A stretch of 64,000 nucleotides of DNA from Stramenopiles sp. TOSAG23-2 (GCA_900128395.1 LT649240.1:1-64000), one strand, 5' to 3'. Positions 10,662 to 22,565 are shown, counted from the stretch's first letter. The notes: generated by a model not told the origin, from the sequence alone. A program made the numbers and translations.

Positions 10662-12185
10662 TTATACTGGAACATAAATTTTACTTTCACCTTTTGCTAA
10701 ATAAATACCAAAACTAATACCATTCTCATTCTCATTTTTATTATTACTTTTTTCACCTAAGCGTCCAATACGTTTAACAGTATCACTACTACTACTACCA
10801 CTACCAATAGTAATACAATCACTATTATCTGCATAAAATACATTGCATATTTTTGTACCAGCAGCATATGGATGATATGTTATAGTTCGTTGAATATTTT
10901 TATTACTACCTTGGTTTGTAACCAATACTAATGCATCTCCACGTGTAAATGCTAGAAATTCATCATCTAAATATCTTTCTACTTGATTTTCTTGCCATAA
11001 TTTCATTTTAGCACGATATTTCAATATAGTTTGTATTAAAACATACATTTCCGTTTGCGTATTGAAGCCATAATTCCATAATGGTGCACGATTTGCCGGA
11101 TCTTGCGTACCTTCTAACCATTGTTCCGTTCCATAATATACAATTGGTATACCTTGCGTCATCAAAACAAATGTAATAGCCGCTTCATACATTTTTCTAT
11201 CTTGTTGTATTGATAAAAATCTTGGATTGTCATGATTATCAATGAATGTACCTAATATCGTTACATCGTGGAATGAGGTTTGGTAATTTCCCAACATATC
11301 ATGGATTTGCCTGAATGATTGTCCTTTTGCAAACACATTTAATATGGAATAATATAATGGATAGCTCAATGTACCATCAACACCAGGTGCATTTGTACCA
11401 GGACTAGTCGATTGATAGCTTGAAACATAACCAACATCGCCATTATTTACTTCTCCAACACTGTATACACCACTTGCTTTTTTAAAACCACCCCAAAATT
11501 GTTTATTTACTTCACATACGGTATCGATACGGATACCATCGAATGAATAATTTGCTACAAGTTGATGGATCCAAGTGGTCAATATGTTAGAAACGATTGG
11601 ATTCGATTGATTTAAATCTGGAAGACCAACTAATCTGCAAAGTTCAACTTGATTTTGATTGGTGAAATCATCGATATTACAATATTGTGGACAGGAGTCA
11701 CAATTGTGATAGGAAGAAGGATCTGCTAATGGGGCAAATTCAGCAGATGGGGCACCATAACCCATATGATTACCAACAACATCTACCATGACCCAAATAT
11801 CACGTTTATGGCATTCACTAATCAATAATTCCAAATCAGAAGCAGTACCAAAATTGGAATTGATTTTATTGATATTTCGTGCCCAATATCCATGATATCC
11901 ACCATCTGTATTATCTACGACAGGTGATATCCATATAGCGTCAAAACCCATACCTTGTATATAATCTAATTTAGATACAATGCCAGAAAATGTTCCACCA
12001 CAATATGACCCTAAATTGTTGCACGTCGGTGTATTAGCTGATCCATAAAATCTATCAGTTAATAATTGATAAATTGTACGGGAACGCCAATCAGCTGCAC
12101 TTGCTGCATGTGTATATGTTATTGTTGTTGATACGGTCAGTAACAATATTATTTTTGCAAATGGGAAAATATTTGTAATATGCAT
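10662..12185 (-). CDS. Secreted alpha-amylase, GH13 (Taka-amylase-like)
   Basis: Signal peptide, WRSRTIYQLLTDRF, GFDAIWISP, YHGYW, DGIRIDTV, GEV, FIDNHD. Confidence 0.95.
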   Translation of the reverse strand: MHITNIFPFAKIILLLTVSTTITYTHAASAADWRSRTIYQLLTDRFYGSANTPTCNNLGSYCGGTFSGIVSKLDYIQGMGFDAIWISPVVDNTDGGYHGYWARNINKINSNFGTASDLELLISECHKRDIWVMVDVVGNHMGYGAPSAEFAPLADPSSYHNCDSCPQYCNIDDFTNQNQVELCRLVGLPDLNQSNPIVSNILTTWIHQLVANYSFDGIRIDTVCEVNKQFWGGFKKASGVYSVGEVNNGDVGYVSSYQSTSPGTNAPGVDGTLSYPLYYSILNVFAKGQSFRQIHDMLGNYQTSFHDVTILGTFIDNHDNPRFLSIQQDRKMYEAAITFVLMTQGIPIVYYGTEQWLEGTQDPANRAPLWNYGFNTQTEMYVLIQTILKYRAKMKLWQENQVERYLDDEFLAFTRGDALVLVTNQGSNKNIQRTITYHPYAAGTKICNVFYADNSDCITIGSGSSSSDTVKRIGRLGEKSNNKNENENGISFGIYLAKGESKIYVPV

Positions 12186-12861
12186 ATTTTATTATGTATT
12201 ATATATAATATTTCAATTTTATAATTTCTTTTGCTTTAGTACGTATATATATGTTTTTTATAGTTTCTATTTTTATAAAGGTATTATTAGAATTAGTTTT
12301 TAATTCTTTTTTTGTTGTTGTGTTCTATGTATCTCTGTTATTATCTCTGTTATATTATAATATATATATGTAGGCTAGACATAATAAATTTGTGGTTCCT
12401 CTGATGATAATGTGATGATGTAGCACGTGCGCACGTGCATGCCCGCATGGAGAGAAGATCGAGAGTTGTGGTGGATTTTTATTATAGTTAAAAATCCCTT
12501 AATATTTATTAATTTTTTTGTCCAGGCAGTTGCCCAGAGGTGTTAAAACATGATTCGCTGTGTCGCTGTGTGAATTCTGGAATGACCTCTGGGAAATTAT
12601 TCTTTTTTACTTGCAACTATAATATACCAGGTACCAGGTATTAGATCTATACAGTATTATACTTCGGTAGACGACTACGCACTCCTCATTAGCATCGAAA
12701 TACAACAATTAAAAAACTCATCAATCCGATACTTGTAGAAGATTATCCACACACACAAACAAACTTTTCTACTATATATATATATATATATATATCAATC
12801 AAAAAAGCACTAATCACAATCTTAAACAATAGCAATAAATAAACAAGAAAATAATAATACA

Positions 12862-14427
12862 ATGGCGGCAGCTGAAATTATGAATTTACATACAAATTTC
12901 TTTGATGAAGTGTATGAAAGTAATTTTATGATGAAGGGAAAAAAAAGTGAGGAAAATGAAAATATTGAAACAAAAAATGTTAATTCAACATTATTCACGT
13001 CAAAAGTCAATAATACATTTGTTGATAAGTCAAAATTATTGCGAATATCTAGTGTTGATTCAAGCGAGGATCAAATTGTTTCTTCTTCAGATTTTGAAAG
13101 CGGTTCCTCCCCGTTAACTGATACAACAAATGAAGATGATGTAGATTGGGATTATCTAAGTGAAGAAGATGAAAATGATGATGTAGATTGGGATTATAAT
13201 AATGATAATAATAAAAGTCAAAAAAATATATTATCTCTTGATAGTGACGAGGATGACGAAGACGATGATATGAGTAATACAATCTTTTCAAATAAATTAC
13301 TACAACCACGACAATCGTCTATGATATGTACATCAAGTGATAATAATCATACTGTACAAAACATAAGAAATGAAAACAAGAATACTATTGCTGCTGCTGT
13401 TACTACTACTACTACTAGCGCCAACACCACCAACAACAGCAATGTTAATAATCAAACAACATGGAATCCATTTGGTATCCCAATACCACCAGCATTAGTA
13501 TGGTTTACTGTGATGAAACAACAAATAAATCAATTACCTATAACACGCCAAGATGTAACTGTTACACATAGTAATCATGATCATCAACATGTTGACGATG
13601 ATGCAACATCAATACAAACGTTATCAAATAGTGGAAATATATCAATCACTACTAATACTACTAATAATAATATAGAAACAACACTATCACCACCATTAAA
13701 TAATAATAATAACAATGTAGTAATAATGAAAAAGAAGAAGAATAGAAAACCATTTACAAAAGAGGAAAGAAAACAACGTAATCGTGAGGCTGCTGCAGAA
13801 TCACGTATAAAAAAGAAACAACAACTTGCAGATTTAAATAATGAAATTTTACGATTAAAAAATTTAGTATTACATAAAGATAAACATATTGAAAAATTAA
13901 CAAATGAAAATTTAATGTTAAAATCACAACTTGGTTTAAAGACGAACAACAACAATAATAACAATAGTAATGATGACGATGCGACACAACAACAACCACC
14001 TCGAAAACGGAAACGTATTATTACAAATAATAATAATAATAATATGATCAAAAATTCATTGAAAATTGGTGTTGCATGTTCAATGGCAATGTGTTTGTTT
14101 ACGGAGGATGGTACAACTACTGCATTTGTTTTTGATCACGTTTCACATGTACATAATAATATATTATTGATGAAATTTACGAATTGGTTTTTTACGTTGA
14201 CAATATTTACTATGTTTTTATTTTCGTATATTGTGATAAATTTTGAGTTGAAAAAATGTAAAGAAAAAACAACAAAATTTTTATTGCCATTATTTACTAC
14301 AACATCAAAAACGAGGAGTAAGACAAGTTGTAGTAATAATAATAATTACAATGAAAGAAAAGGAGTGAGGATAAGAAGAGATGAAGAAGATAATAAAGTT
14401 TTTACATATGGAAATCGTCGATTTTAA
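12862..14427 (+). CDS. bZIP transcription factor with a C-terminal hydrophobic (TM) segment
   Basis: ERKQRNREAAAESRIKKKQQL followed by Leu heptads; acidic N-terminus; WFFTLTIFTMFLFSYIVINF. Confidence 0.85.
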   Translation: MAAAEIMNLHTNFFDEVYESNFMMKGKKSEENENIETKNVNSTLFTSKVNNTFVDKSKLLRISSVDSSEDQIVSSSDFESGSSPLTDTTNEDDVDWDYLSEEDENDDVDWDYNNDNNKSQKNILSLDSDEDDEDDDMSNTIFSNKLLQPRQSSMICTSSDNNHTVQNIRNENKNTIAAAVTTTTTSANTTNNSNVNNQTTWNPFGIPIPPALVWFTVMKQQINQLPITRQDVTVTHSNHDHQHVDDDATSIQTLSNSGNISITTNTTNNNIETTLSPPLNNNNNNVVIMKKKKNRKPFTKEERKQRNREAAAESRIKKKQQLADLNNEILRLKNLVLHKDKHIEKLTNENLMLKSQLGLKTNNNNNNNSNDDDATQQQPPRKRKRIITNNNNNNMIKNSLKIGVACSMAMCLFTEDGTTTAFVFDHVSHVHNNILLMKFTNWFFTLTIFTMFLFSYIVINFELKKCKEKTTKFLLPLFTTTSKTRSKTSCSNNNNYNERKGVRIRRDEEDNKVFTYGNRRF

Positions 14428-14439
14428 AATATATAGGTG

Positions 14440-14472
<33 letters not shown>

Positions 14473-14765
14473 GGCTGTAATATTCTGATTAAAAAATATA
14501 AAAAAATATGTAAGTTAAACATGCATTAATTATACGTATCGTATAATTAATAAAATATTAAATTGCGAGGAGAGATTCAACATTATTACTGGGTTCCTAT
14601 TATTAAAAAGTGTTATATTACGTACGAAGCGTATTATTTTAAGATTTTTTAAATATCTCTCTCACTTCATGAATTGTTCGGTGTACGATCTCGTAAAATT
14701 TATACGCGTACGTATTACACACGTTTGTTTGTGTAATGATACTTCGTAAATGCGTACATTTTATT

Positions 14766-15536
14766 TTATGAAAAGTACAACCATAAAACAATTCTTGTCA
14801 TATTCAAATTTAATATTGTTAATAATAAATAAAATAATATTAACATACCAATTGGATATAAAAATAATTCTGTTTTCCCTAAAAATGACATGGAACGATA
14901 ACCTAAATGTGTTATATATAAATATAAAATTAAACCAAGGAAATGCAATGTATTTGCAACTAATGATGCAAAAAAAGTTTTTGTTAAAAGAAATGGCAAT
15001 AAAAAATATTGCAATACATGTGTTAATAAAAACATCACAAAAAATGAATTGCAATGTATATCAAATGCATATAACCATTCAACACTTTGCCCAGTATTTC
15101 CATGTGGATCATTGATACGCATATATTTATTTGCTGCATACCAACACGCAGTGGATATTGCAACACCAGACCCCAACAACGACATTAACCCATAAAAGGT
15201 CAATATCATCATGTCACCAAAAGTCGTTGCTGAAAATGCTACACCATATGCTATTGAAGTTACTAAAATGAAAAAAGTCAAGACAATTAAAAAAGCAGGA
15301 TCATCCCTTGCCCATTGTTTCTTCATACGATGTCTATATTGACTGAACGTATATACTTTCTTTGGATTAACCATTAAAAGTAACATCTGTGTGAATGTGT
15401 ATTCCCAATCCATTTGCGAACGTTGTAAAAACCTACGTAAAAAACGTGAAGTAGAAGAAGAACTTGTATTATTATTATTATTATTATTCTCAATATTCAT
15501 AAAATGAATATCAGAGGCTAAATTTCTTGTTGCCAT
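14766..15536 (-). CDS. UNC50: UNC-50/Gmh1 family Golgi membrane protein
   Basis: QMDWEY, KKQWARDDPAF, VEWLYAFDIHCNSFF, YITHLGY. Confidence 0.93.
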   Translation of the reverse strand: MATRNLASDIHFMNIENNNNNNNTSSSSTSRFLRRFLQRSQMDWEYTFTQMLLLMVNPKKVYTFSQYRHRMKKQWARDDPAFLIVLTFFILVTSIAYGVAFSATTFGDMMILTFYGLMSLLGSGVAISTACWYAANKYMRINDPHGNTGQSVEWLYAFDIHCNSFFVMFLLTHVLQYFLLPFLLTKTFFASLVANTLHFLGLILYLYITHLGYRSMSFLGKTELFLYPIGMLILFYLLLTILNLNMTRIVLWLYFS

Positions 15537-16264
15537 CTTCTTCTTTTAATCCTTTAATCTTTCAATGATTATTCTTTGATAATAACGATATAATATAAAT
15601 ATCTAATTGACAAAGTATATAATTAATATAGAAATAATGAATTAATATTATGTATCTATTGCTCTTTGGATCTCTTCTTAATTTATACCAAGTAGCATCT
15701 ACGGTGTGTTGTAAATATAGTTTCATAATCTCTGATTCAAATAAATCCAATAATAATAATTTGAAATAATAATAATAAAGGCACATGATGGCAACAATAA
15801 AAAATCATGATAAATCACAGTCTGGCAGTCTGGCAGTCCTGTAAAACAATCTAAAGCATAAGCAAGCAGAGTATGATGAGATTTCTCTGTATGCTACCAA
15901 GTACTTTATTCTCTATAAGTGGATGATAATAATGCTATCTCTATGCTATTGATGTCCACCATCACACTACTGGTGGTAGTATGGAGCACCATAAAAATCC
16001 TGTTATTGAATGGTGCAATGAATATGAATGAAAAAGTGGTGTGTAATTGTGTCTATTGTCTATTTATTAGTTTGTATATCTATCTACAACAGTATCTATC
16101 TATCTGGAAGAAGAGGTACAATAGACACAGACAATATTATAAATAATTAAATTAATATATATATACCAGAATCATCATCATCACTATTAGTATTGGAATA
16201 ACCACCATCTCTGTGTTAAGTACATACACACACACACACACATATATATAATAGATAATTTATT

Positions 16265-19200
16265 ATGTCAAATAATCCACCTGCACCACAATCAAATGCT
16301 ACGCTTACCATGCCGACAAATATTGTCAACACGGTAGCACCGGAAGCGGCAAATATGTTATCAAATTTTTGGGAAAAGAGTAAAAATGCTGATATTGAAA
16401 ATACTGTACAAACTTGGTTAAATGAATTGAAGAAATCTACACAGGCAATAAAGCCGGAAGATACATTAGGCGTTTTGAACAACGATACGAAGCAACATTT
16501 AGGTGATATGGTTGATGTTTTACAACGTTTAGTGAAAGAAAAATCATCTTCAAAAGCAGTTGATAATTTTTTAAAAAATAATAATGCAGAGTTAGGTGAT
16601 GCTTTGAAAGTATTGAAAAACGTTGGTGGACAGCTTGGCGAAGAATTTGGTGTTGGGGAAAGTGATTTGAACTTTGATGAATTGATGAGTGCAGGGGAAG
16701 GAATCGTTGGCAAATATAAGGAAAGAGCATCAATATTAGTTACAGATGGTACTAGTTTAATGGAACAGTTAGTTAATAGTGAGGAAGGGCAAGAAATTAA
16801 GAAAGAAGGTGAAAGTTTTTATAATGCTATATCAAATACGAAAGGTGCAAAAATGCTTATGGAAAGTGCGAAAAAAATTGCAACAAGTGAAAAAATGAAA
16901 AACGAAGTAGGAAAATTATTACAACAAGCACCTAGTTTTATTGAAACGACAGTTTCAGATGTCGAGACACAAATATCAGAATTAAAAGTAAAAGATTTGA
17001 CAAATGAAATTACGACTAATCTTGTTAATAATGATGATAGTGGTATTGCAAAGAAATTAATAAACGAAAATGAAGGTCAAGGTATCCTTCAAGATTTAAC
17101 AGATAGCAAAGCTGTACAAGATTTAAAAACAAATGCACTTAATACGATCAACGAAGTGAAAGGAAAAGGCGTAGGGAATACCATGGAAGAAGTGACTAGC
17201 GAGGTATTAGGAAAAGGTGAATCAATGTTGGAAGAATTTCGTGCAACTAGGAAAGGGCAACAAGTCATGGCAGAAGGTTTGAAATCCTTTCGAAAAAATG
17301 TTGCAAATAAAGATGCATTGGAAAGAGCTGTTAGTAATACCATGGAACAAATTGATGCACCTCGTTTAGTTGAATTGAGTGAAAAAGCATGGGAAGATGA
17401 AGATGCAAGGAGTGAATTATTTTTAAAGATTAGCGATGTGTTTTTGGAATTTTTATTAAAAAGTTTGCCCGCCGTTGCTATACCGCCAATATCTGGTGTT
17501 GATGATGATGTTGCATATACAATTGATGGGTTAGATATGTCTGGTTTTGTAATTGAGAAAGAAAATGTTAATTTATACATATGTACAAAGGAAGATGTTG
17601 AACAAGAGGATTGGGATGGTACAGTATTGAGGATAAATGCGACAGATATGAGAGCAGAATTTGCAAAAGTTATGTGGAGTTATCGTCAAAATTATTTTCC
17701 ATATATGTCTGGTCAAGGTTTAGCAAGTGCAACTATACAAGATGTTGATTTAGAATTGTCATTTAAATTAGTGAAAGAAACGAAATTAATCGATACAAAA
17801 AATGATAATAGTTATAATAATAATAATAACAATGATACGTCATCCATTAAACAAACATTAGTACCTCGTTTAGTATTAGCAAGCAATACATTGTCCATGG
17901 CAGAAATTGAATTAAATGAAAAAGGTTCAACGATTGGCTGGGTATATAATATGTTATTAGGTTTATTTGCCGATGTTGTGAAACGTTATATTATTTTAAA
18001 TGTCACGGAAGCATTGGATGTCTTAGTTGATGATTTTTTTGACAAATTAAGTACAGCTGCTGAGGCATTTAATATTGCACCAATATTGATGCGTTTAACA
18101 AATATTAATTTAAATACATTATCCCAATACGACCCAACAACTAGAAAAAAACGCGGCGCATCGTTAACGATCGCAGATGGCTCTACAGATGAATCGTCCA
18201 ACAAGCCATATAGTGTAACCTTTCGAGATGAAGGTAAGATTGGTTTGCGATTAGGTAGCGATCCAGCAATGCCCCATTTCGCAGTTGTCATTGCATTTAC
18301 AAGAGGTAAAAACGATGAGAAATTGCAAGCAGAGGCAAATGGCAATTTGCATATTGGCGATGCATTGATGGAGATCAATGGCAAAAAAGTAACGCAAATG
18401 CCATTGCAAAAAGTGTTACAAACCTTTCAAGCAGCAAAACGACCAACGACGTTGGTATTGTTGTCTACTGGAAAGCGTAGAGCTAGTGTAACGAGTGGAA
18501 GTGGTGGATCAAATACGAAACATGCTGTTGTGGAAGTTGCATTTGGCCCTGGTCCAATTGGGATGGAATTAACATCTAGAGAAAGTTCAGGTAAAAAATC
18601 GAAAGGCGCTATGATACGTTCCTTTAAAATGATGAAAGATGGAACGCAAGGTCCAGCAGAGCGTTGTGGAAAATTGCAACCATCGATGATTTTACATGCA
18701 TGTAACGATGAAATTGTAAATAATTATACATTTGAAGATATTATGAATTGTTTAAGGCAAGCGTCAAGGCCAATGGTATTAAAATTTTTGCATGATCCTG
18801 ATATTAAATTAACATTTCGCGAATCTGGTCCAATTGGTCTACGTCTTGGTAAATTTAAAGATTATATCGTCGTCACAGGCTTTGTAAATATTCGCGGACC
18901 TGGTGAATCAACTGGTGTCATTAAACAAGGTCATATTGTACATATGGTTGGTGGTAAACCATGCACAGTAACTGCTGGTTCAAAAAAAAATTGGGAATAT
19001 AAAATGATATTAAATGCATTGAGACGTTATCCACGCCCTATTATCATACGTTTTGGACCAGATATTGAAGATGTATGGGGTAATGACAATACGAGTGCAA
19101 CAAATGATAACAAGAACGATGATAAAAAAGCCCCATCATCACCATCATCACCTGGTTTTAGTAAAAAGAAGTTACCATCAGAGCCATTGAAATGGTGTGA

Positions 19201-19471
19201 TGTAACATTTGGACAAGGTGCATTAGGCATTACATTTAAAAAATTAGAAAATGGACGTACGATGGTTAACGGTTTTCCAAAATTACAAAGTCCAGCACAA
19301 AAACGTGGTGATATCATACGGCATGGTATGATTTTATTAAAATTAAATGGTGAAGAGATTGGCTCTTTATCTTTGGAAGAAGTCATAGGGCGTTTACGAA
19401 CGACACCACCACCACGTACATTGGTATTTCGTGATATGGATTTATACAATCGTATACATAAAATTAGGTGA
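16265..19471 (+). CDS. Large protein: helical N-terminus, BPI/TULIP-like lipid-binding region, four PDZ-like domains
   Basis: Four repeats of type TF..G.(I/L)G(L/M/I)...RP..L.F. Central LPAVAIPPISG...WSYRQNYFPY...G.A region; the TULIP assignment is tentative. Confidence 0.65.
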   Translation: MSNNPPAPQSNATLTMPTNIVNTVAPEAANMLSNFWEKSKNADIENTVQTWLNELKKSTQAIKPEDTLGVLNNDTKQHLGDMVDVLQRLVKEKSSSKAVDNFLKNNNAELGDALKVLKNVGGQLGEEFGVGESDLNFDELMSAGEGIVGKYKERASILVTDGTSLMEQLVNSEEGQEIKKEGESFYNAISNTKGAKMLMESAKKIATSEKMKNEVGKLLQQAPSFIETTVSDVETQISELKVKDLTNEITTNLVNNDDSGIAKKLINENEGQGILQDLTDSKAVQDLKTNALNTINEVKGKGVGNTMEEVTSEVLGKGESMLEEFRATRKGQQVMAEGLKSFRKNVANKDALERAVSNTMEQIDAPRLVELSEKAWEDEDARSELFLKISDVFLEFLLKSLPAVAIPPISGVDDDVAYTIDGLDMSGFVIEKENVNLYICTKEDVEQEDWDGTVLRINATDMRAEFAKVMWSYRQNYFPYMSGQGLASATIQDVDLELSFKLVKETKLIDTKNDNSYNNNNNNDTSSIKQTLVPRLVLASNTLSMAEIELNEKGSTIGWVYNMLLGLFADVVKRYIILNVTEALDVLVDDFFDKLSTAAEAFNIAPILMRLTNINLNTLSQYDPTTRKKRGASLTIADGSTDESSNKPYSVTFRDEGKIGLRLGSDPAMPHFAVVIAFTRGKNDEKLQAEANGNLHIGDALMEINGKKVTQMPLQKVLQTFQAAKRPTTLVLLSTGKRRASVTSGSGGSNTKHAVVEVAFGPGPIGMELTSRESSGKKSKGAMIRSFKMMKDGTQGPAERCGKLQPSMILHACNDEIVNNYTFEDIMNCLRQASRPMVLKFLHDPDIKLTFRESGPIGLRLGKFKDYIVVTGFVNIRGPGESTGVIKQGHIVHMVGGKPCTVTAGSKKNWEYKMILNALRRYPRPIIIRFGPDIEDVWGNDNTSATNDNKNDDKKAPSSPSSPGFSKKKLPSEPLKWCDVTFGQGALGITFKKLENGRTMVNGFPKLQSPAQKRGDIIRHGMILLKLNGEEIGSLSLEEVIGRLRTTPPPRTLVFRDMDLYNRIHKIR

Positions 19472-19865
19472 TGTGTGAGAAGGGAAATGTATATTCTTAG
19501 TATTACTAATCGATAAAATTGATCTTCGTATTCTTATAGTTGTTAGTATATTATTTCTTATTCCAAATATTCTATTTATAATGCTATTTACATGCTATAT
19601 CGATCGATGCATCATCAAATCATCTTTCATCATCAACAACCACAAATATATACGATGAAGAAAGATGAACACATACATTTATATAAATACTGTACATAGA
19701 CGACTATAGATATTACTCGTCATCGTCTATATCATCGTTCTTTATATTAAGAATATATAACATTTTATATTGTAACATATAACAAATATAAATTACAGAG
19801 ATACACGTACAAACGTATATATATATACATATACAATTTGTATAGGTCATTTATTATTTTTAATA

Positions 19866-21068
19866 ATGGCAACTAAATATCAAAATAAACACAAGATATA
19901 TCAGAATATACCATCGTTATATGAAACTACAGAATATTATAAAGGTACAAATGTAAATACAGCTGCAACTAAATCAACATGGTATAGGCAAGAGGATAAT
20001 GATACTTTTCAGAAAAGTAGTTACGTCTTAAATAGTAATAATTTATTCACGTTGGAGGAAACACTTATACATTTTGGTAGTATCGTATGTTTCATCTTTG
20101 TAACGACAATAATAATATCAATATTTACTTTAATAATATTAGAAATTAAAAATAGGTTATATACAGAACGTTTTATATCAAAATTAAAATTGTATATATA
20201 TAAAAATTGGATGAAAGAAAAAACCAAAGATGACAACAATAAATTGAACAATGGAAAAAAAATATTATCATCGTCATTATCATCATCATCATCATCACCT
20301 ATTATTGTAGTACCAAAACATATTGCAATTATTATGGATGGTAACAGACGTTATGGTGAAACGAAGTTAGGATCAAAATCAAAAGGCCATACAAAAGGTG
20401 GTGAAACATTAGGAAATTGTATAAAATGGTGTCAAGAATGTGATGTAAAAGTATTAAGCGTATATGCTTTTAGCACTGAAAATTGGAAAAGAGATGCAAA
20501 TGAAGTGGATTTTTTAATGAAAACATTTGAAAAATATGCAAATGAAATTTTAGTAAAAGCATTAAAAAATAATATTCGTGTAAATGTCTTAGCATCTGAA
20601 CCAGAATTATTGCCAATGCATATACGTGAATTATTTCATAAAATTGAAGAACAAACAATTAATAATACATCATTTTCATTAAATTTATGTGTTAGTTATG
20701 GTGGACGAAGCGAAATTATTCAAACGACGAAAAAAATCGTAAATGATGTATTAAATGGTAATATCAAATCAATAAATGATATTGATGAAAATTTATATGA
20801 AAATTATTTATTAACAAAAAATTGTTACAAAAATGTAAATAATAATAATAATAATAATACGAAGAAATCGAATAATCGTCCCATCGATAATAATCCAGAC
20901 TTGTTGATACGGACATCCGGTGAATGTCGTTTATCTAATTTTTTATTGTATCAACTTGCATATAGTGAAATGATTTTTGTTGATAAATTTTGGCCAGAAT
21001 TTACAAAAACTGATTTAATTGATTGTATCAATACATTTTCAAATAGAAAACGTAGGTATGGAAAGTGA
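19866..21068 (+). CDS. cis-prenyltransferase (UPPS/DHDDS family) with N-terminal TM
   Basis: PKHIAIIMDGNRRY, YAFSTENWKR, SYGGRSEI, PDLLIRTSGECRLSNFLLYQ, RRYGK. Confidence 0.95.
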   Translation: MATKYQNKHKIYQNIPSLYETTEYYKGTNVNTAATKSTWYRQEDNDTFQKSSYVLNSNNLFTLEETLIHFGSIVCFIFVTTIIISIFTLIILEIKNRLYTERFISKLKLYIYKNWMKEKTKDDNNKLNNGKKILSSSLSSSSSSPIIVVPKHIAIIMDGNRRYGETKLGSKSKGHTKGGETLGNCIKWCQECDVKVLSVYAFSTENWKRDANEVDFLMKTFEKYANEILVKALKNNIRVNVLASEPELLPMHIRELFHKIEEQTINNTSFSLNLCVSYGGRSEIIQTTKKIVNDVLNGNIKSINDIDENLYENYLLTKNCYKNVNNNNNNNTKKSNNRPIDNNPDLLIRTSGECRLSNFLLYQLAYSEMIFVDKFWPEFTKTDLIDCINTFSNRKRRYGK

Positions 21069-21238
21069 TTTTTTTTTTTTATATTTTCTAGAAAAAATTC
21101 TGTTTTGATGTGATGATGGAAGAGAAATAGAGTTTGTTGTGGGTAGAGATTTTAAAAATATTTTTGAGTGTACTTTTTTATACGAAGTCGTATAATAAAA
21201 TTAATCATACTAAAATACAACACAATACATTATATAAA

Positions 21239-21487
21239 TTATTTTTTATTTACACTCGCTTCTTCTTCCTCTAACGTTTCAATCATAAGTAAATCGCGAT
21301 CTTCTTCTCGCATTAATTTAAAGACATCGTTCCAACGTTGACTAACATTCATGACTAACTTCGTACCATCTAATATAGTATCAAATTTAGTATTTATCCC
21401 ATTAAGAGTTTTTACAAATTGTTCTGAAACATTTTGTAAATGTTCCAATTGTTCTAATTCTTCTGTTTTCTTATCTATTATCGACAT
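21239..21487 (-). CDS. DAD2: DASH/Dam1 complex subunit Dad2-like
   Basis: IDKKTEELEQLEHLQNVS...KFDTILDGTKLVMNVSQRWNDVF matches the Dad2 pattern (KK.EL..L..L...S...DG...V..V...W..V). Confidence 0.7.
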   Translation of the reverse strand: MSIIDKKTEELEQLEHLQNVSEQFVKTLNGINTKFDTILDGTKLVMNVSQRWNDVFKLMREEDRDLLMIETLEEEEASVNKK

Positions 21488-21989
21488 CGTTTAAGAAACA
21501 TAAAAGTATGAATAAAAATATAATAAAAAGGTAGGATTAAGATTGTATGTATATAATTTGATTATGTTGCTTTGTTTCTTTTTGAATAATTTATAATTTT
21601 ATAATAATATTTTGTATAAAAAAATAAAAATTTTTTGAATGAATTTTTTTATCGAGTATAAAAATGTTAATAATGATGTAGCAAGGCTTACCAGCTTATA
21701 ATACAGGACCAGGTATCATTACTGAGGACTATTTTAAGGTGTTATACATTCCATCCACATCGATTGTACTAATAGATTGTATTTGTGTATTGTAGATATA
21801 GGAAATCAAGCATCCAGCAGTATGATATGATGTGAAGGAACGTTAGCTGGTTAGTACACATATATATGTTTTCAAAAAAAAACTATTAATAGAATAGAGA
21901 GAGGTGGATGAACAAATAGAAACAAACGAAATAATAAATACAAGATATATATTGAAGCGATCATCATAATATAATAGTATATACATCAT

Positions 21990-22565
21990 ATGCCGAGAAC
22001 TGCAGCAGCCAATAACATGGCAGATGATGATAGAGTCGATAAATCGAAATTAATACGAATTAAAATCACGTCTTTAGGTGACGGTGGAACTGGTAAAAGT
22101 TGTATTATAAAACGTTATTGTGAAGAAAAGTTTGTATCAAGATATATAAGTACTATTGGAGTAGATTTTGGTGTCAAACCAATGGAAATCAATGGATACG
22201 ATGTAAAGGTAAATTTTTGGGACTTAAGTGGACATCCTGAATTTTATGATGTAAGAAATGAATTTTATAAAGACACTCAAGGATGTTTATTAGTATACGA
22301 TGTAACTGCAAGAAGGTCTTTTGAGCAATTAGAAATGTGGGTACAAGAAGCAACTAAGTTTGGTGTGAAAGACAATACCGTATGGGCCGTCTGTGCTAAC
22401 AAATGTGATAAAAAAAATCGTGCCGTGACACTTAGAGAAGGTTTGGCATGGGCCGAAGACCATGGTGTTAAACATTTCGAAACATCAGCAAAATCTGGTA
22501 GTAATGTAAATGAAGTGTTTGATTATTTATTTTCAACGGTTGTTGATAATATGACTAGACGATAA
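21990..22565 (+). CDS. RJL-family small GTPase (DNAJC27/Rbj-like GTPase domain, no J domain)
   Basis: GDGGTGKSCIIKRYCEEKF, DLSGHPEFYDVRNEFYKDTQG (His in place of the catalytic Gln), NKCD, ETSAK; no CaaX. Confidence 0.85.
   Translation: MPRTAAANNMADDDRVDKSKLIRIKITSLGDGGTGKSCIIKRYCEEKFVSRYISTIGVDFGVKPMEINGYDVKVNFWDLSGHPEFYDVRNEFYKDTQGCLLVYDVTARRSFEQLEMWVQEATKFGVKDNTVWAVCANKCDKKNRAVTLREGLAWAEDHGVKHFETSAKSGSNVNEVFDYLFSTVVDNMTRR

Noticed and set aside
13920-14140. IRE1-type unconventional intron (HAC1/XBP1/bZIP60-like) downstream of the bZIP
   Set aside because: I could not find paired CNGNNG stem-loops by eye.
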